Shown here: piece by piece, positions 1 to 9,156 of the stretch | Position numbering within the stretch: the stretch's first letter is position 1 | Layout: every line of letters begins with the position of its first letter | Source: an uncultured Chloroflexia bacterium | Lineage (GTDB): Bacteria > Chloroflexota > Limnocylindria > Limnocylindrales > CSP1-4 | Assembly: GCA_963752475.1 (NCBI GenBank) | Contig: CAVVYR010000006.1 | Span: 576,001 to 640,000 of the forward strand | Reading direction: 5' to 3' | Length of the DNA: 64,000 nt | Notes under the pieces: model-generated | Told to the model about the DNA's origin: nothing | What the model saw: the letters and a program-made list of their open reading frames with translations, nothing else | The model's database searches: none | Translations under genes and position numbers: made by a program

Positions 1-357
1 GGTCCGTTGCCACACGACGATGACTCGCTCGTGGCCACGGCTCGTCTGCTGCGTCGTGCCCTGCCCCGTCTGCACCCCAGCTTCAGCTTCGAGGAGCACC
101 TCGCAGCGCGGCTGGCCGCCGCTCGCCGCATGGATCTGGCGCCGGCCACCGCCGCGATGGCCGCCCCCGCGCCCATCAGGCCGGACATCGAGATCGAGCC
201 GCCGGTGGACACTGTCGATGCCGCGGCCAGCGAGCGTCGCCGCCGCCATCTCGTCGCCGGTGGAGCGATCGCTTCGGGTGTCTCCCTGGCGCTGCCCATC
301 GCCGGTGCGGCCATCGTGGCCTGGCGGCGCTCCCGCTCGTCGGGAGGGCTGTTCTAG
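1..357 (+). CDS. hypothetical protein with C-terminal hydrophobic anchor (5' partial)
   Basis: Frame open from base 1. Hydrophobic segment LVAGGAIASGVSLALPIAGAAIVAW followed by RRSR. Stop TAG overlaps the accD GTG start. Confidence 0.6.
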   Translation, partial: GPLPHDDDSLVATARLLRRALPRLHPSFSFEEHLAARLAAARRMDLAPATAAMAAPAPIRPDIEIEPPVDTVDAAASERRRRHLVAGGAIASGVSLALPIAGAAIVAWRRSRSSGGLF

Positions 358-1265
358 TGCCCATCCAGTGGCCCTTCCGTCCCCGCCCCGATTCGTCCCG
401 CTCCGATCTCTGGACCAAGTGCCCCAGCTGCGACGAGATGATCTACAACAAACAGCTGGAGCAGAACCAGCGCGTCTGCCCTCGGTGCGGCCACCACTTC
501 CGTCTGCGCGTGGACATGCGCCTTAGCATCCTGCTCGACCACGACAGCTTCGAGGAACAGGATCGCGGGCTCGAGTCGCTCGATCCGTTGGGCTTCGTCG
601 ACCTCAAGGCCTACCCCGAGCGCGTGGCCCAGCAGCAGGAGAAGACCGGCATCCGCGATGCCGCTGTCTGGGGCTACGGCACCATCGATGGCCAGCGCGT
701 CTCGATCGCGGCCATGGACTTCGCCTATATGGGCGGCTCGATGGGTTCGGTCGTGGGCGAGAAGATCACCCGTGCCGCGGAGGCCGCCAGCGAAGAGCGC
801 ATCCCCTACATCGCCATCAGCACCTCCGGTGGCGCACGCATGCAGGAGGGCACGCTGGCGCTGATGCAGCTGGTCAAGACCTGCGCCGCGGTGGAGCGAC
901 TGGCCCGGGCGGGTGTGCCCTACATCAGCATCCTCAGCGATCCCACCACCGGTGGCGTCTTCGCTTCGTTCTCCGCGCTCGGTGACGTCAACATCGCCGA
1001 GCCGAACGCGCTCATCGGCTTCGCCGGCGCTCGCGTCGCGGCCGGTACCACCGGCGATGAACTGCCCGAGGGATTCCAGCGCTCGGAGTTCCTGTTCAAG
1101 CACGGTTTCGTGGACCTCGTGGTGGAGCGAGGTGAGCTGCGGGCGGAGGTCTCGCGCCTGCTCGGCTACCTACAGCCGCGTGTCGAACGACACCACGACG
1201 GCAACGGTGGCGCTGCCGGGGCGGACGAACGCGCCGGCGCAGATGCGGAGGCCATCCGTGGTTGA
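357..1265 (+). CDS. accD: acetyl-CoA carboxylase carboxyltransferase beta subunit
   Basis: LWTKCPSC...CPRCGHH zinc finger, MGGSMGSVVGEK, SGGARMQEG, DPTTGGV, GFAGARV, FQRSEFL. Confidence 0.97.
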   Translation: MPIQWPFRPRPDSSRSDLWTKCPSCDEMIYNKQLEQNQRVCPRCGHHFRLRVDMRLSILLDHDSFEEQDRGLESLDPLGFVDLKAYPERVAQQQEKTGIRDAAVWGYGTIDGQRVSIAAMDFAYMGGSMGSVVGEKITRAAEAASEERIPYIAISTSGGARMQEGTLALMQLVKTCAAVERLARAGVPYISILSDPTTGGVFASFSALGDVNIAEPNALIGFAGARVAAGTTGDELPEGFQRSEFLFKHGFVDLVVERGELRAEVSRLLGYLQPRVERHHDGNGGAAGADERAGADAEAIRG

Positions 1266-2343
1266 GTCGGACATGCAGGAGGTCGCCCCCGTGGCTGCCG
1301 AGGCTGCGCTGAATGGCGACGTGCCGGCCATCGACGACGAGGCCTTGCGTGATGCTGTCTGGGCGCGCGTGCAGATGGCCCGCAACGTCCAGCGACCCCA
1401 CACGCTCGAGCTGGTGCAGAGCATGGCCACCGACGTCGTCGAGCTGCATGGCGATCGCCGCTTTGGCGACGACCCCGCGCTCGTCGGCGGCTTCGCGACC
1501 ATCGGCAGCCATCGCGTCGTGTTCATGGGCCACCAGAAGGGCAACGAGGTGGAGGAGAACATCCGCCGCAACTTCGGTATGCCTCATCCCGAGGGCTATC
1601 GCAAGGCCGGTCGCCTGCTGAAGCTGGCAGAGCGGCTGGGTCTGCCCGTGGTCACTTTCGTCGACACCCCTGGTGCCGCACCCGACGCGCCATCGGAGGA
1701 ACGCGGCCAGGCGGAGGCCATCGCCCGCAACATCGCCGACATGACCTCGTTGCGTACGCCCATCGTGACCGTCATCACCGGTGAGGGCGGTTCGGGCGGC
1801 GCACTGGCCATCGCCGTCGGCGACGTCGTGCTCGCACTCGAGAACGCGATCTACTCGGTCATCAGCCCCGAAGGCTGCGCCAGCATCCTGTGGCGCACCG
1901 CCGACATGGCCAAGCAGGCCGCTGTGGCCATGCGCCTGACCGCCCGTGAGCAGCAGGCCCTGGGCGTCATCGACACCGTCATCGGTGAGCCCGGTGAGGG
2001 TGCACATGATGATCCAGAGGAGACCGCGCGACGCCTGGGTGAGGCCATCGAGGCCCAGCTGGAGGCGCTCGTCCACCACGATCTGGATCTGCTCGTGCGG
2101 GCGCGCTACACGCGCTACCGCGACTACGGCGCGTTCACCACCAAGGACCTGCCAGTGCGAGAGCGCCGAGAGCGTCAGAATTGGGTCGACCGGCTGCGCG
2201 CGCTCCTGGACTCCGGACAGAGCGTCGTCGGCGTGGGCGAGGGCCAGCGCCTGGCGCCCGAGGCGGTCGACGACGATGATGAGGAACGTGAGACCGAGGT
2301 CGATGGGCATGCCCACCTCGGGGACGATGGGAGTGATAAGTGA
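1258..2343 (+). CDS. accA: acetyl-CoA carboxylase carboxyltransferase alpha subunit
   Basis: ELHGDRRFGDD, GHQKG, RNFGMPHPEGYRKA, DTPGA, EERGQAEAIA, GEGGSGGALA, YSVISPEGCASILW. Start is GTG 1258 or ATG 1273. Confidence 0.96.
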   Translation: MVESDMQEVAPVAAEAALNGDVPAIDDEALRDAVWARVQMARNVQRPHTLELVQSMATDVVELHGDRRFGDDPALVGGFATIGSHRVVFMGHQKGNEVEENIRRNFGMPHPEGYRKAGRLLKLAERLGLPVVTFVDTPGAAPDAPSEERGQAEAIARNIADMTSLRTPIVTVITGEGGSGGALAIAVGDVVLALENAIYSVISPEGCASILWRTADMAKQAAVAMRLTAREQQALGVIDTVIGEPGEGAHDDPEETARRLGEAIEAQLEALVHHDLDLLVRARYTRYRDYGAFTTKDLPVRERRERQNWVDRLRALLDSGQSVVGVGEGQRLAPEAVDDDDEERETEVDGHAHLGDDGSDK

Positions 2344-2843
2344 CCCACGAGACTGCCGGGCGACCGCCGGCGACCGACGCCGACGAGCCGGGGGTGAGCC
2401 TCGAAGGGCTGACCGAGGAGGTGGTGCCCGCGCTCATCGCCCGCCTGCGGGCCAGCCGCCTGGGTGAGCTCGAGGTCAGCACCGGTGGTTGGCGCGTTCG
2501 TCTTCGGCGCGATCCCAGGGCGGGGGCTCACGCGGCCGCGAAGGCCACCTCCGCGCCCGATGGCGCGAACCCGGAGGCTGCCAACGGCAGCGTCGCCCGC
2601 TCCAACGCGGTGGGCTACTTCACACCCGGCCGCGATCTCGTGGTTGGCGCGTCGGTCCAGACCGGCGACCTGCTCGGCAGCATCGATGTACTCGGGATCG
2701 CACAGGAGGTGAGCGCCCCCGACGACGGCATCATCGCCAGCGTCATGGTGGAGGACGGCCAGGCCGTCGAGTTCGGCCAGGTGCTTGCGGAGATCGATCC
2801 GCTCGAGCCCGCTGACGACGGTGCGGAGGACCTGGCCCGATGA
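2340..2843 (+). CDS. biotin carboxyl carrier protein-like paralog lacking the biotinylated lysine
   Basis: BCCP-type N-terminus (LGELEVSTGGWRVRLRR) and biotinyl/lipoyl-fold C-terminus (VQTGDLLGSI...VEDGQAVEFGQVL), but IDVLGIAQEV replaces IEAMKLxNEI. Confidence 0.85.
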   Translation: MTHETAGRPPATDADEPGVSLEGLTEEVVPALIARLRASRLGELEVSTGGWRVRLRRDPRAGAHAAAKATSAPDGANPEAANGSVARSNAVGYFTPGRDLVVGASVQTGDLLGSIDVLGIAQEVSAPDDGIIASVMVEDGQAVEFGQVLAEIDPLEPADDGAEDLAR

Positions 2844-4225
2844 TCGAGCGCGTGCTGATCGCCAACCGAGGCGAGATCGCCGTCCGCATCCTGCGTGCCT
2901 GCCGCAGCATGGGTATCGAGGCCGTCGTGGCCCACAGCGAGGCGGACTCCGACTCGCGTGCGGTGCGCATGGCCGATGAGTCCATCTGCATCGGTCCGGC
3001 CGAATCCGCTCGCTCCTATCTCAACGCGGCGGCCGTCATCAGCGCGGCCCTCGTCAGCGGCTGCGATGCCATCCACCCGGGCTACGGCTTCCTCAGCGAG
3101 GACGACGGCTTCGCGGAGATGACGCGCGCCCATGACCTCATCTTCATCGGCCCCTCGCCGGAGGTGCTGGAGAAGTTCGCCAGCAAGGCCGGCACTCGGG
3201 AGCTGCTCGCCGCCCAGGGCCTGCCCATGGTGCCGGGCTCTGCGGGCATGCTCCGCGACGATGCGCATGCCCTCGAGGAAGCGGAGCGTGTGGGCTACCC
3301 GCTGCTCATCAAGCCCAGCGCTGGTGGCGGTGGCAAGGGCATGCGCATGGTGCGGACCCCGCGCGAGCTGCAGCAGGCGCTGACGGTCTGCCGCTCGGAG
3401 GCGCGCGCCGCCTTCGGTGACGACTCGCTCTATCTCGAGAAGTGGCTGGAGAAGACGCGGCACGTCGAGGTCCAGGTGCTCATCGACAAGCACGGCAACG
3501 GCGTGCACATCGGTGAGCGCGACTGCTCGGTCCAGCGTCGCCACCAGAAGATCGTGGAGGAGTCACCCACCCTGGCGCTCGATGACGCCGGACGTACGCG
3601 GTTGGCCGAGTCGGCCGTGAAGGCGGCCGTGGCCGCCGGCTACGAGAACGCCGGCACCCTCGAGTTCCTCGTCGACGCCGAGGGCGACTACTACTTCATC
3701 GAGATCAACGCGCGCATCCAGGTCGAGCATCCGGTGACCGAGATGCGCAGCGGCATCGACATCGTGGCCGAACAGATCCGGCTGGCCGCGGGCGAGGAGC
3801 TGGGCTATGGCCAGGACGACGTGCGTCTGCGTGGCCACGCCATCGAGTTCCGCATCAACGCCGAGGACGTGAAACAGGACTTCCGTCCCCAGGCCGGGCT
3901 CGTCGAACACTACGTGCCGCCCGGTGGTGCCGGCATCCGCATGGAGACCCATCTCTACAGCGGCTACGAGGTCCCGCCGTATTACGATTCGCTCCTCGGC
4001 AAGCTCATCGTCTGGGGTCCCGATCGCGAGGCCGCCGTGGCGCGCTCGCGCGTCGCCCTGCAGGAGCTGATCGTCGAGGGTATCGAGACCAACATCCCCT
4101 TACATCGGGCCCTTCTGCAGGACGAAACGTTCCTGTCGGGCGGCTTCGACACCAACCTGCTTGACCGCAAGGGCGCGGCGGCCTTCCTCGCCGCCGTCGA
4201 GCCCGAGCAAGGAGCCCGACCATGA
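2840..4225 (+). CDS. accC: acetyl-CoA carboxylase biotin carboxylase subunit
   Basis: VLIANRGEIAVRI, HPGYGFLSE, GGGGKGMR, ERDCSVQRRHQK, FIEINARIQVEHPVTE, YYDSLLGKLI. Confidence 0.97.
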   Translation: MIERVLIANRGEIAVRILRACRSMGIEAVVAHSEADSDSRAVRMADESICIGPAESARSYLNAAAVISAALVSGCDAIHPGYGFLSEDDGFAEMTRAHDLIFIGPSPEVLEKFASKAGTRELLAAQGLPMVPGSAGMLRDDAHALEEAERVGYPLLIKPSAGGGGKGMRMVRTPRELQQALTVCRSEARAAFGDDSLYLEKWLEKTRHVEVQVLIDKHGNGVHIGERDCSVQRRHQKIVEESPTLALDDAGRTRLAESAVKAAVAAGYENAGTLEFLVDAEGDYYFIEINARIQVEHPVTEMRSGIDIVAEQIRLAAGEELGYGQDDVRLRGHAIEFRINAEDVKQDFRPQAGLVEHYVPPGGAGIRMETHLYSGYEVPPYYDSLLGKLIVWGPDREAAVARSRVALQELIVEGIETNIPLHRALLQDETFLSGGFDTNLLDRKGAAAFLAAVEPEQGARP

Positions 4226-4695
4226 CCGACGGCGTGGAGAAGCCCGCCATCGTGCTGACCGCCACGGAGATCATGAAGGTCATCCCGCATCGCTGGCCCA
4301 TCCTGCTCGTCGACCGTATCGTCGAGCTGGACGAGGAGAAGGGCTACATCAAGGGGCAGAAGGGCGTGACCGCGAGCGAGTGGTTCTTCGGGGGCCACTT
4401 CCCGGAGATGCCCGTGATGCCCGGTGTCCTCCAGGTCGAGGCGCTGGCCCAGACGCTGGGCGTATACGTCGGACAGCTGGACGCCTACCAGGGCCAGATC
4501 GGGCTCTTCGCCGGCATCGACGGCTGCCGCTTCCGCCGCGTCGTACAACCCGGTGACACGCTCGACCTCGAGATCACCATCACCAAGCTCGGCCGCCGCA
4601 TGGCCAAGGCCCACGCCGTCGCCTCGGTCGATGGCGAGGTCGCCTGCGAGACCGACATCTCCGCCATCATCGCCCCTGAAGGAGCCCTCCGATGA
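4222..4695 (+). CDS. fabZ: 3-hydroxyacyl-ACP dehydratase
   Basis: IPHRWPILLVDRI, FFGGHFP, PVMPGVLQVEALAQ, FRRVVQPGD. Confidence 0.95.
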   Translation: MTDGVEKPAIVLTATEIMKVIPHRWPILLVDRIVELDEEKGYIKGQKGVTASEWFFGGHFPEMPVMPGVLQVEALAQTLGVYVGQLDAYQGQIGLFAGIDGCRFRRVVQPGDTLDLEITITKLGRRMAKAHAVASVDGEVACETDISAIIAPEGALR

Positions 4696-5438
4696 GCCTG
4701 CGCCTTGCGCTCGTCTCCGACATCCACGGCAACCTCGCCGCACTGGAAGCCGCCCTCGCGGAGATCGAGAAGGCCGCGCCCGATCGCATCCTCCTCCTCG
4801 GCGACTTTGTCCAGAACGGACCCAAACCGGCAGAGGTCATCGACGTGGTCCAGGCGCTCGAGGCGGCCGGTGCCTACGTCATCGCGGGCAACACCGACAT
4901 CGCCGTCGCCGATGGCGACTACACCGCCGCCTTCCCCTGGCTCGACGACGTTCCGACCGCTCATCGTGCCGTGGCCGAGTGGACTCGCGAGCAGCTCAGC
5001 GACGACCAGCTCGAGTACCTGCGGCGCTTGCCGGCCGAGCGGCGGGTGGCGCTCGGGGATGAATTCGTGCTGGGCACTCACGGTTCGCCCGGTAGCCAGA
5101 CGCTGGGCCTGCCGGCCGACCTGGACCCGGCCATCGCCGTGCAGCGCGTGACCCGCACCGACGCGCGCGTCATCGCCTGCGGCCACACCCACCTTGCCGA
5201 CGTGCGTGACTTCGGGCGCAAGCTCATCGTCAACCCCGGCTCGTGTGGCTACGCCTTCGACGGCACGCCTGATGCCTGTTGGGGCCTGGTCACCCTCGAG
5301 GAGGGGGAAGAGCCCAGTGCGGAGCTGTTCCGGGCCACCTACGACCCCAACCCCACCGCCGAGCTGGTGGCCGATCGCGGTCTGGCCGGCGACGTCTACC
5401 GTGCAGCCACCATCCGAACCGGGAGATTCGTCCGATGA
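4692..5438 (+). CDS. calcineurin-like metallophosphoesterase
   Basis: SDIHGN, LGDFV, GNTD, HGSP, GHTH, NPGS motifs; translationally coupled to fabZ and fabF. Confidence 0.9.
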   Translation: MSLRLALVSDIHGNLAALEAALAEIEKAAPDRILLLGDFVQNGPKPAEVIDVVQALEAAGAYVIAGNTDIAVADGDYTAAFPWLDDVPTAHRAVAEWTREQLSDDQLEYLRRLPAERRVALGDEFVLGTHGSPGSQTLGLPADLDPAIAVQRVTRTDARVIACGHTHLADVRDFGRKLIVNPGSCGYAFDGTPDACWGLVTLEEGEEPSAELFRATYDPNPTAELVADRGLAGDVYRAATIRTGRFVR

Positions 5439-6700
5439 CCTTCGTCGCCGGAGGGCGCCGCGTGGTCGTGACCGGCCTCGGCGCCGTGACCGCCCTTGGG
5501 AACGACGTGCCCACGTACTGGCGGCGCCTCGTGGCGGGCGAGTCTGGCATCGGTGCGATCACGCTCTTCGACGCCTCTGCCATGACCAGCCGGATCGCGG
5601 GCGAGTGCTCGGAGTTCGATCCCTCGACCGTGCTCGACCGCAAGGAGATCCGACGCACCGACCGCACCACGCAGATGGCCCTCGTGTCCATCCGCGAGGC
5701 CTTCGAGGACGCCGGCCTGCCCGAGCGCCTGGAAGGGGAGGAAGCCGAGGCCACCGGCATCCTCATGGGTTCCGGCCTCGGCGGCACCATCACGCTCATC
5801 GATCAGATCGCGACGACGCGTATCGAGGGGCCTGGCAAGGTCAGTCCCTTCTTCATCCCCATGGCTATCGCCAACATGCCCGCCGGTGTCGCCGGCATCA
5901 AGTTCGGGGCCCAGGGACCCAACTACTCGACCACCAGCGCCTGCGCTTCGTCCGGGCACGCCATCGGTGAGGCCTACGAGACCATCAAGAGAGGCGACGC
6001 CGACATGATGGTGGCCGGTGGCTGCGAGGCTCCGGTGGCCGACGCGACCGTGGCCGGCTTCGCGCGCATGAAGGCACTCTCGACGCGCAACGACGACCCG
6101 CCGGCCGCGAGCCGGCCCTTCGACGCCGATCGCGACGGCTTCGTCGTGGCCGAGGGCTCGGCCGCGCTCATCCTCGAGGATCTCGACCGTGCACAGCGTC
6201 GCGGCGCTCGCATCTACGCAGAGGTCAAGGGCTATGCCGCGACCGCTGACGCCTATCACATCACCACGCCGACCCCGGGAGGCGTGGGTGCCGTGCGCGC
6301 CGCACGTCGCGCCTTGCACAAGGCCGGGCTCGAGCCGGGCGACATCGATCTCGTGAGCGCGCACGCGACCGCCACCGGCGAGGGCGACCCCACCGAGCTC
6401 ATGGGCATCAATACGCTCGTAGGCGAGCACGCGCCGGAGGTCAGCGTGACCGCCACCAAGTCGTCCATCGGCCACACCCTCGGTGCTGCCGGTGCGGTCG
6501 CCGCCGTGGCCGTGGTCAAGGCCCTCGAGGAGGGGGTCGTGCCACCCACGCTCAACCTGCACCAGCCCGACGAGAACGCCGGTGAGCTCGACCTCACCCC
6601 CCTGACGTCGCGTGAGCGCGAGATGAAGGTGGCCCTCGTCAACTCGTTCGGCTTCGGCGGCCAGAACTCTGCCGTCATCGTCGAGCGATGGGAGGGCTGA
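5435..6700 (+). CDS. fabF: beta-ketoacyl-ACP synthase II
   Basis: RRVVVTGLG, TSACASSGHAIG (Cys), AHATAT (His), KSSIGHTLGAAG (His), NSFGFGGQN. Confidence 0.95.
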   Translation: MTFVAGGRRVVVTGLGAVTALGNDVPTYWRRLVAGESGIGAITLFDASAMTSRIAGECSEFDPSTVLDRKEIRRTDRTTQMALVSIREAFEDAGLPERLEGEEAEATGILMGSGLGGTITLIDQIATTRIEGPGKVSPFFIPMAIANMPAGVAGIKFGAQGPNYSTTSACASSGHAIGEAYETIKRGDADMMVAGGCEAPVADATVAGFARMKALSTRNDDPPAASRPFDADRDGFVVAEGSAALILEDLDRAQRRGARIYAEVKGYAATADAYHITTPTPGGVGAVRAARRALHKAGLEPGDIDLVSAHATATGEGDPTELMGINTLVGEHAPEVSVTATKSSIGHTLGAAGAVAAVAVVKALEEGVVPPTLNLHQPDENAGELDLTPLTSREREMKVALVNSFGFGGQNSAVIVERWEG

Positions 6701-7173
6701 TGGCCGATCGCGAAGAGATCAACGACCTCGTCGCCCTGGTCGACCGTCTCGAGGGGCTGCTCGAGCGCTCGGGCCTGGCCGAACTCGAGGTCGCGCATGA
6801 AGGCACGACCATCGTGTTGCGCACCCCGGCAGCCGTGGCCCCGGCCGTGGCTGCTGCCGCTCCGGCCGCCGAAGCCGTCACGCCCGATCACATCACCGAA
6901 CCCATCATCGAAGAGCCGGCCCAGCCCCGTGGCGCCCACGCCATCACTGCTCCGCTCACAGGGGTCTACTACCGCTCGCCGTCGCCCGGCGCCGAGCCCT
7001 ACGTACGCGAGGGGACAGAGGTCATCGCCGGCCAGGTCATCGGCCTCATCGAAGCCATGAAGCTGTTCAACGAGATCAAGAGCGACGTCACCGGCACCGT
7101 CCGCCACATCGCCGCTGGCGACGGCGACCTGGTCAAGGCCAGGCAGACGCTCATCGAGGTCGACCCCGCATGA
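6700..7173 (+). CDS. accB: acetyl-CoA carboxylase biotin carboxyl carrier protein
   Basis: Ala/Pro linker, APLTGVYYRSPSPGA, intact IEAMKLFNEI biotinylation motif. Confidence 0.95.
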   Translation: MADREEINDLVALVDRLEGLLERSGLAELEVAHEGTTIVLRTPAAVAPAVAAAAPAAEAVTPDHITEPIIEEPAQPRGAHAITAPLTGVYYRSPSPGAEPYVREGTEVIAGQVIGLIEAMKLFNEIKSDVTGTVRHIAAGDGDLVKARQTLIEVDPA

Positions 7174-8378
7174 GTGGACCCGGCGCCGTTCCCGCGGGCC
7201 CGCCCCGCAGCGTCCGCATCAGCGGCTGGGGCTCGTACGTGCCGCAGCGCGTGCTCTCCAACGCCGACCTCGAGCGCATCGTCGATACCAGCGACGAGTG
7301 GATCCGTACGCGTACCGGCATCAGCGAACGACGCGTCGCCGCGCCGCACGAGACGACGGCCACGCTCGGAGCCATCGCGGCCAAGCGCGCCATCGCCGTG
7401 GCCGGCCTGGAGCCGGACGACATCGACGTCATCGTCGTGGCCACGCTTACGCCGGACTACCCCATGCCCTCGACGGCGGCACTGGTGAAGGAGGCCATCG
7501 GCAACCGCACCGCCGCCGCCTTCGACATCGGCGCCGCCTGCTCGGGCTTCGTCTTCGGCTACGCAACCGCCAATTCGTACGTGCGCAGCGGCATGGCCAA
7601 GCACGTGCTCGTGGTGGGCGCGGAGCTGCTGACGCGCTTCCTGGATTTCGACGACCGCGGCACCTGCATCCTCTTCGGTGACGGGGCCGGCGCGGTCGTG
7701 CTTTCCGCCTCCGAAGAGGATGGTGGTGGCATGTCCGGCCTGGAGATGACCACCGATCCGGACGGTGCCTACATGATCTGGCTGCCCTCGGGCGGGTCCA
7801 AGAGCCCATCGAGCACGGAGACGACCAAGCGCGGGGAGCACTACATCCGCATGGAAGGTCGCGAGACCTATCGCTACGCCACCCGAACCCTGGCGGCCTC
7901 GGCACTGTCGGCGGTCGAGAAGGCCGGTTGGACGGCTGGCGAGATCGACCTCGTCATCCCGCACCAGGCCAACGTGCGCATCATCGAGGCGGTGGCCAAG
8001 GGTCTCAAGCTGCCCATGGATCGATTCTTCGTCAACATCGACAAGTACGGCAACACCTCCGCGGCTTCGGTCGGCATCGCACTTGACGAGGCCGTCGCCC
8101 AGGGTCGCGTCAAGCCCGGCGACAAGATCGTCTTCGTGGCCTTCGGTGCCGGCTTCACCTCCGGCGCCATCGCGCTGGAGTGGACGGCGGACCCCGCCGA
8201 TGCCGCCCGAGCCACGAACGTCGAGCCCGTGGCCAGCGTCCGAGCCCCACTCGACTGGGCCTCGGTCGATCCCATTCCGCCGCGACTGGCGGCCGTGCTC
8301 AACGACCCTACCGGACCGCCGGTCCCGCTCGACGACGTCGTGCCCGGAGAGCCGGCGCGCGCCCATACCGAGGAGTAG
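7170..8378 (+). CDS. fabH: beta-ketoacyl-ACP synthase III with C-terminal extension
   Basis: DTSDEWIRTRTGI, AACSGF, ILFGDGAGA, PHQANVRII, YGNTSAAS, AFGAGFT. Confidence 0.95.
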   Translation: MSGPGAVPAGPPRSVRISGWGSYVPQRVLSNADLERIVDTSDEWIRTRTGISERRVAAPHETTATLGAIAAKRAIAVAGLEPDDIDVIVVATLTPDYPMPSTAALVKEAIGNRTAAAFDIGAACSGFVFGYATANSYVRSGMAKHVLVVGAELLTRFLDFDDRGTCILFGDGAGAVVLSASEEDGGGMSGLEMTTDPDGAYMIWLPSGGSKSPSSTETTKRGEHYIRMEGRETYRYATRTLAASALSAVEKAGWTAGEIDLVIPHQANVRIIEAVAKGLKLPMDRFFVNIDKYGNTSAASVGIALDEAVAQGRVKPGDKIVFVAFGAGFTSGAIALEWTADPADAARATNVEPVASVRAPLDWASVDPIPPRLAAVLNDPTGPPVPLDDVVPGEPARAHTEE

Positions 8379-8382
8379 TCCC

Positions 8383-9132
8383 ATGATCGACATGTCCGGC
8401 AAGAGCGCGGTCATCACCGGTGGCGCGCGCGGGATCGGCCGTGCCATCGCCCTTCGTCTCGCCGAGCAGGGTGCCGACATCGCCTTCAGCTATCGCGGCA
8501 ACGCCGAGGCCGCACAGCGGACCGTAGCGGACATCGAGGCCCTCGGTCGCAAGGCGCTCGCGGTGCAGGCGGACGTGGTCCAGCCCGAGTCGGCCAAGGC
8601 CCTCGTCGACGCCGCCCTCTCCGAGTTGGGCAAGATCGACATCCTCGTCAACAACGCGGGCATCACGCGCGACGACCTCATCATGCGCATGAAGCCCGAG
8701 GACTGGAACGACGTCATCGACACCAACCTGTCGGGCACGTTCTGGACCATCAAGGCCGCGACCCGGCCGATGATGAAGGCCCGCGGGGGTCGTATCATCA
8801 ACATCACCAGCGTCAGCGGCCAGGCCGGGCAGATCGGGCAGACCAACTACTCCTCGGCCAAGGCCGGCCTCATCGGCCTGACCAAGGCCACCGCCAGAGA
8901 GCTGGGTTCGCGCAACATCACCTGCAACGCCGTCGCGCCGGGCTTCGTCCTCACCGACCTCACGGGCGACCTGCCGGAGGACCTGCTCGAGGAGGCCAAG
9001 GCTCGTACGCCGCTCGGCCGCTTCACGAGCCTGGAAGATGTCTCGGCCGCGGTGGCCTTCCTGGCTTCGGACGAAGCCGCCTTCATCACCGGGCAGGTGC
9101 TGGCCGTCGATGGCGGCCTCGTGATGATGTAG
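8383..9132 (+). CDS. fabG: 3-oxoacyl-ACP reductase
   Basis: TGGARGIG, LVNNAGITRD, NYSSAK (YxxxK), NAVAPGF, ITGQVLAVDGG; GAGGAG RBS upstream. Confidence 0.95.
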   Translation: MIDMSGKSAVITGGARGIGRAIALRLAEQGADIAFSYRGNAEAAQRTVADIEALGRKALAVQADVVQPESAKALVDAALSELGKIDILVNNAGITRDDLIMRMKPEDWNDVIDTNLSGTFWTIKAATRPMMKARGGRIINITSVSGQAGQIGQTNYSSAKAGLIGLTKATARELGSRNITCNAVAPGFVLTDLTGDLPEDLLEEAKARTPLGRFTSLEDVSAAVAFLASDEAAFITGQVLAVDGGLVMM

Positions 9133-9156
9133 CGAAGACGGGGTAGGGTTACCCCG

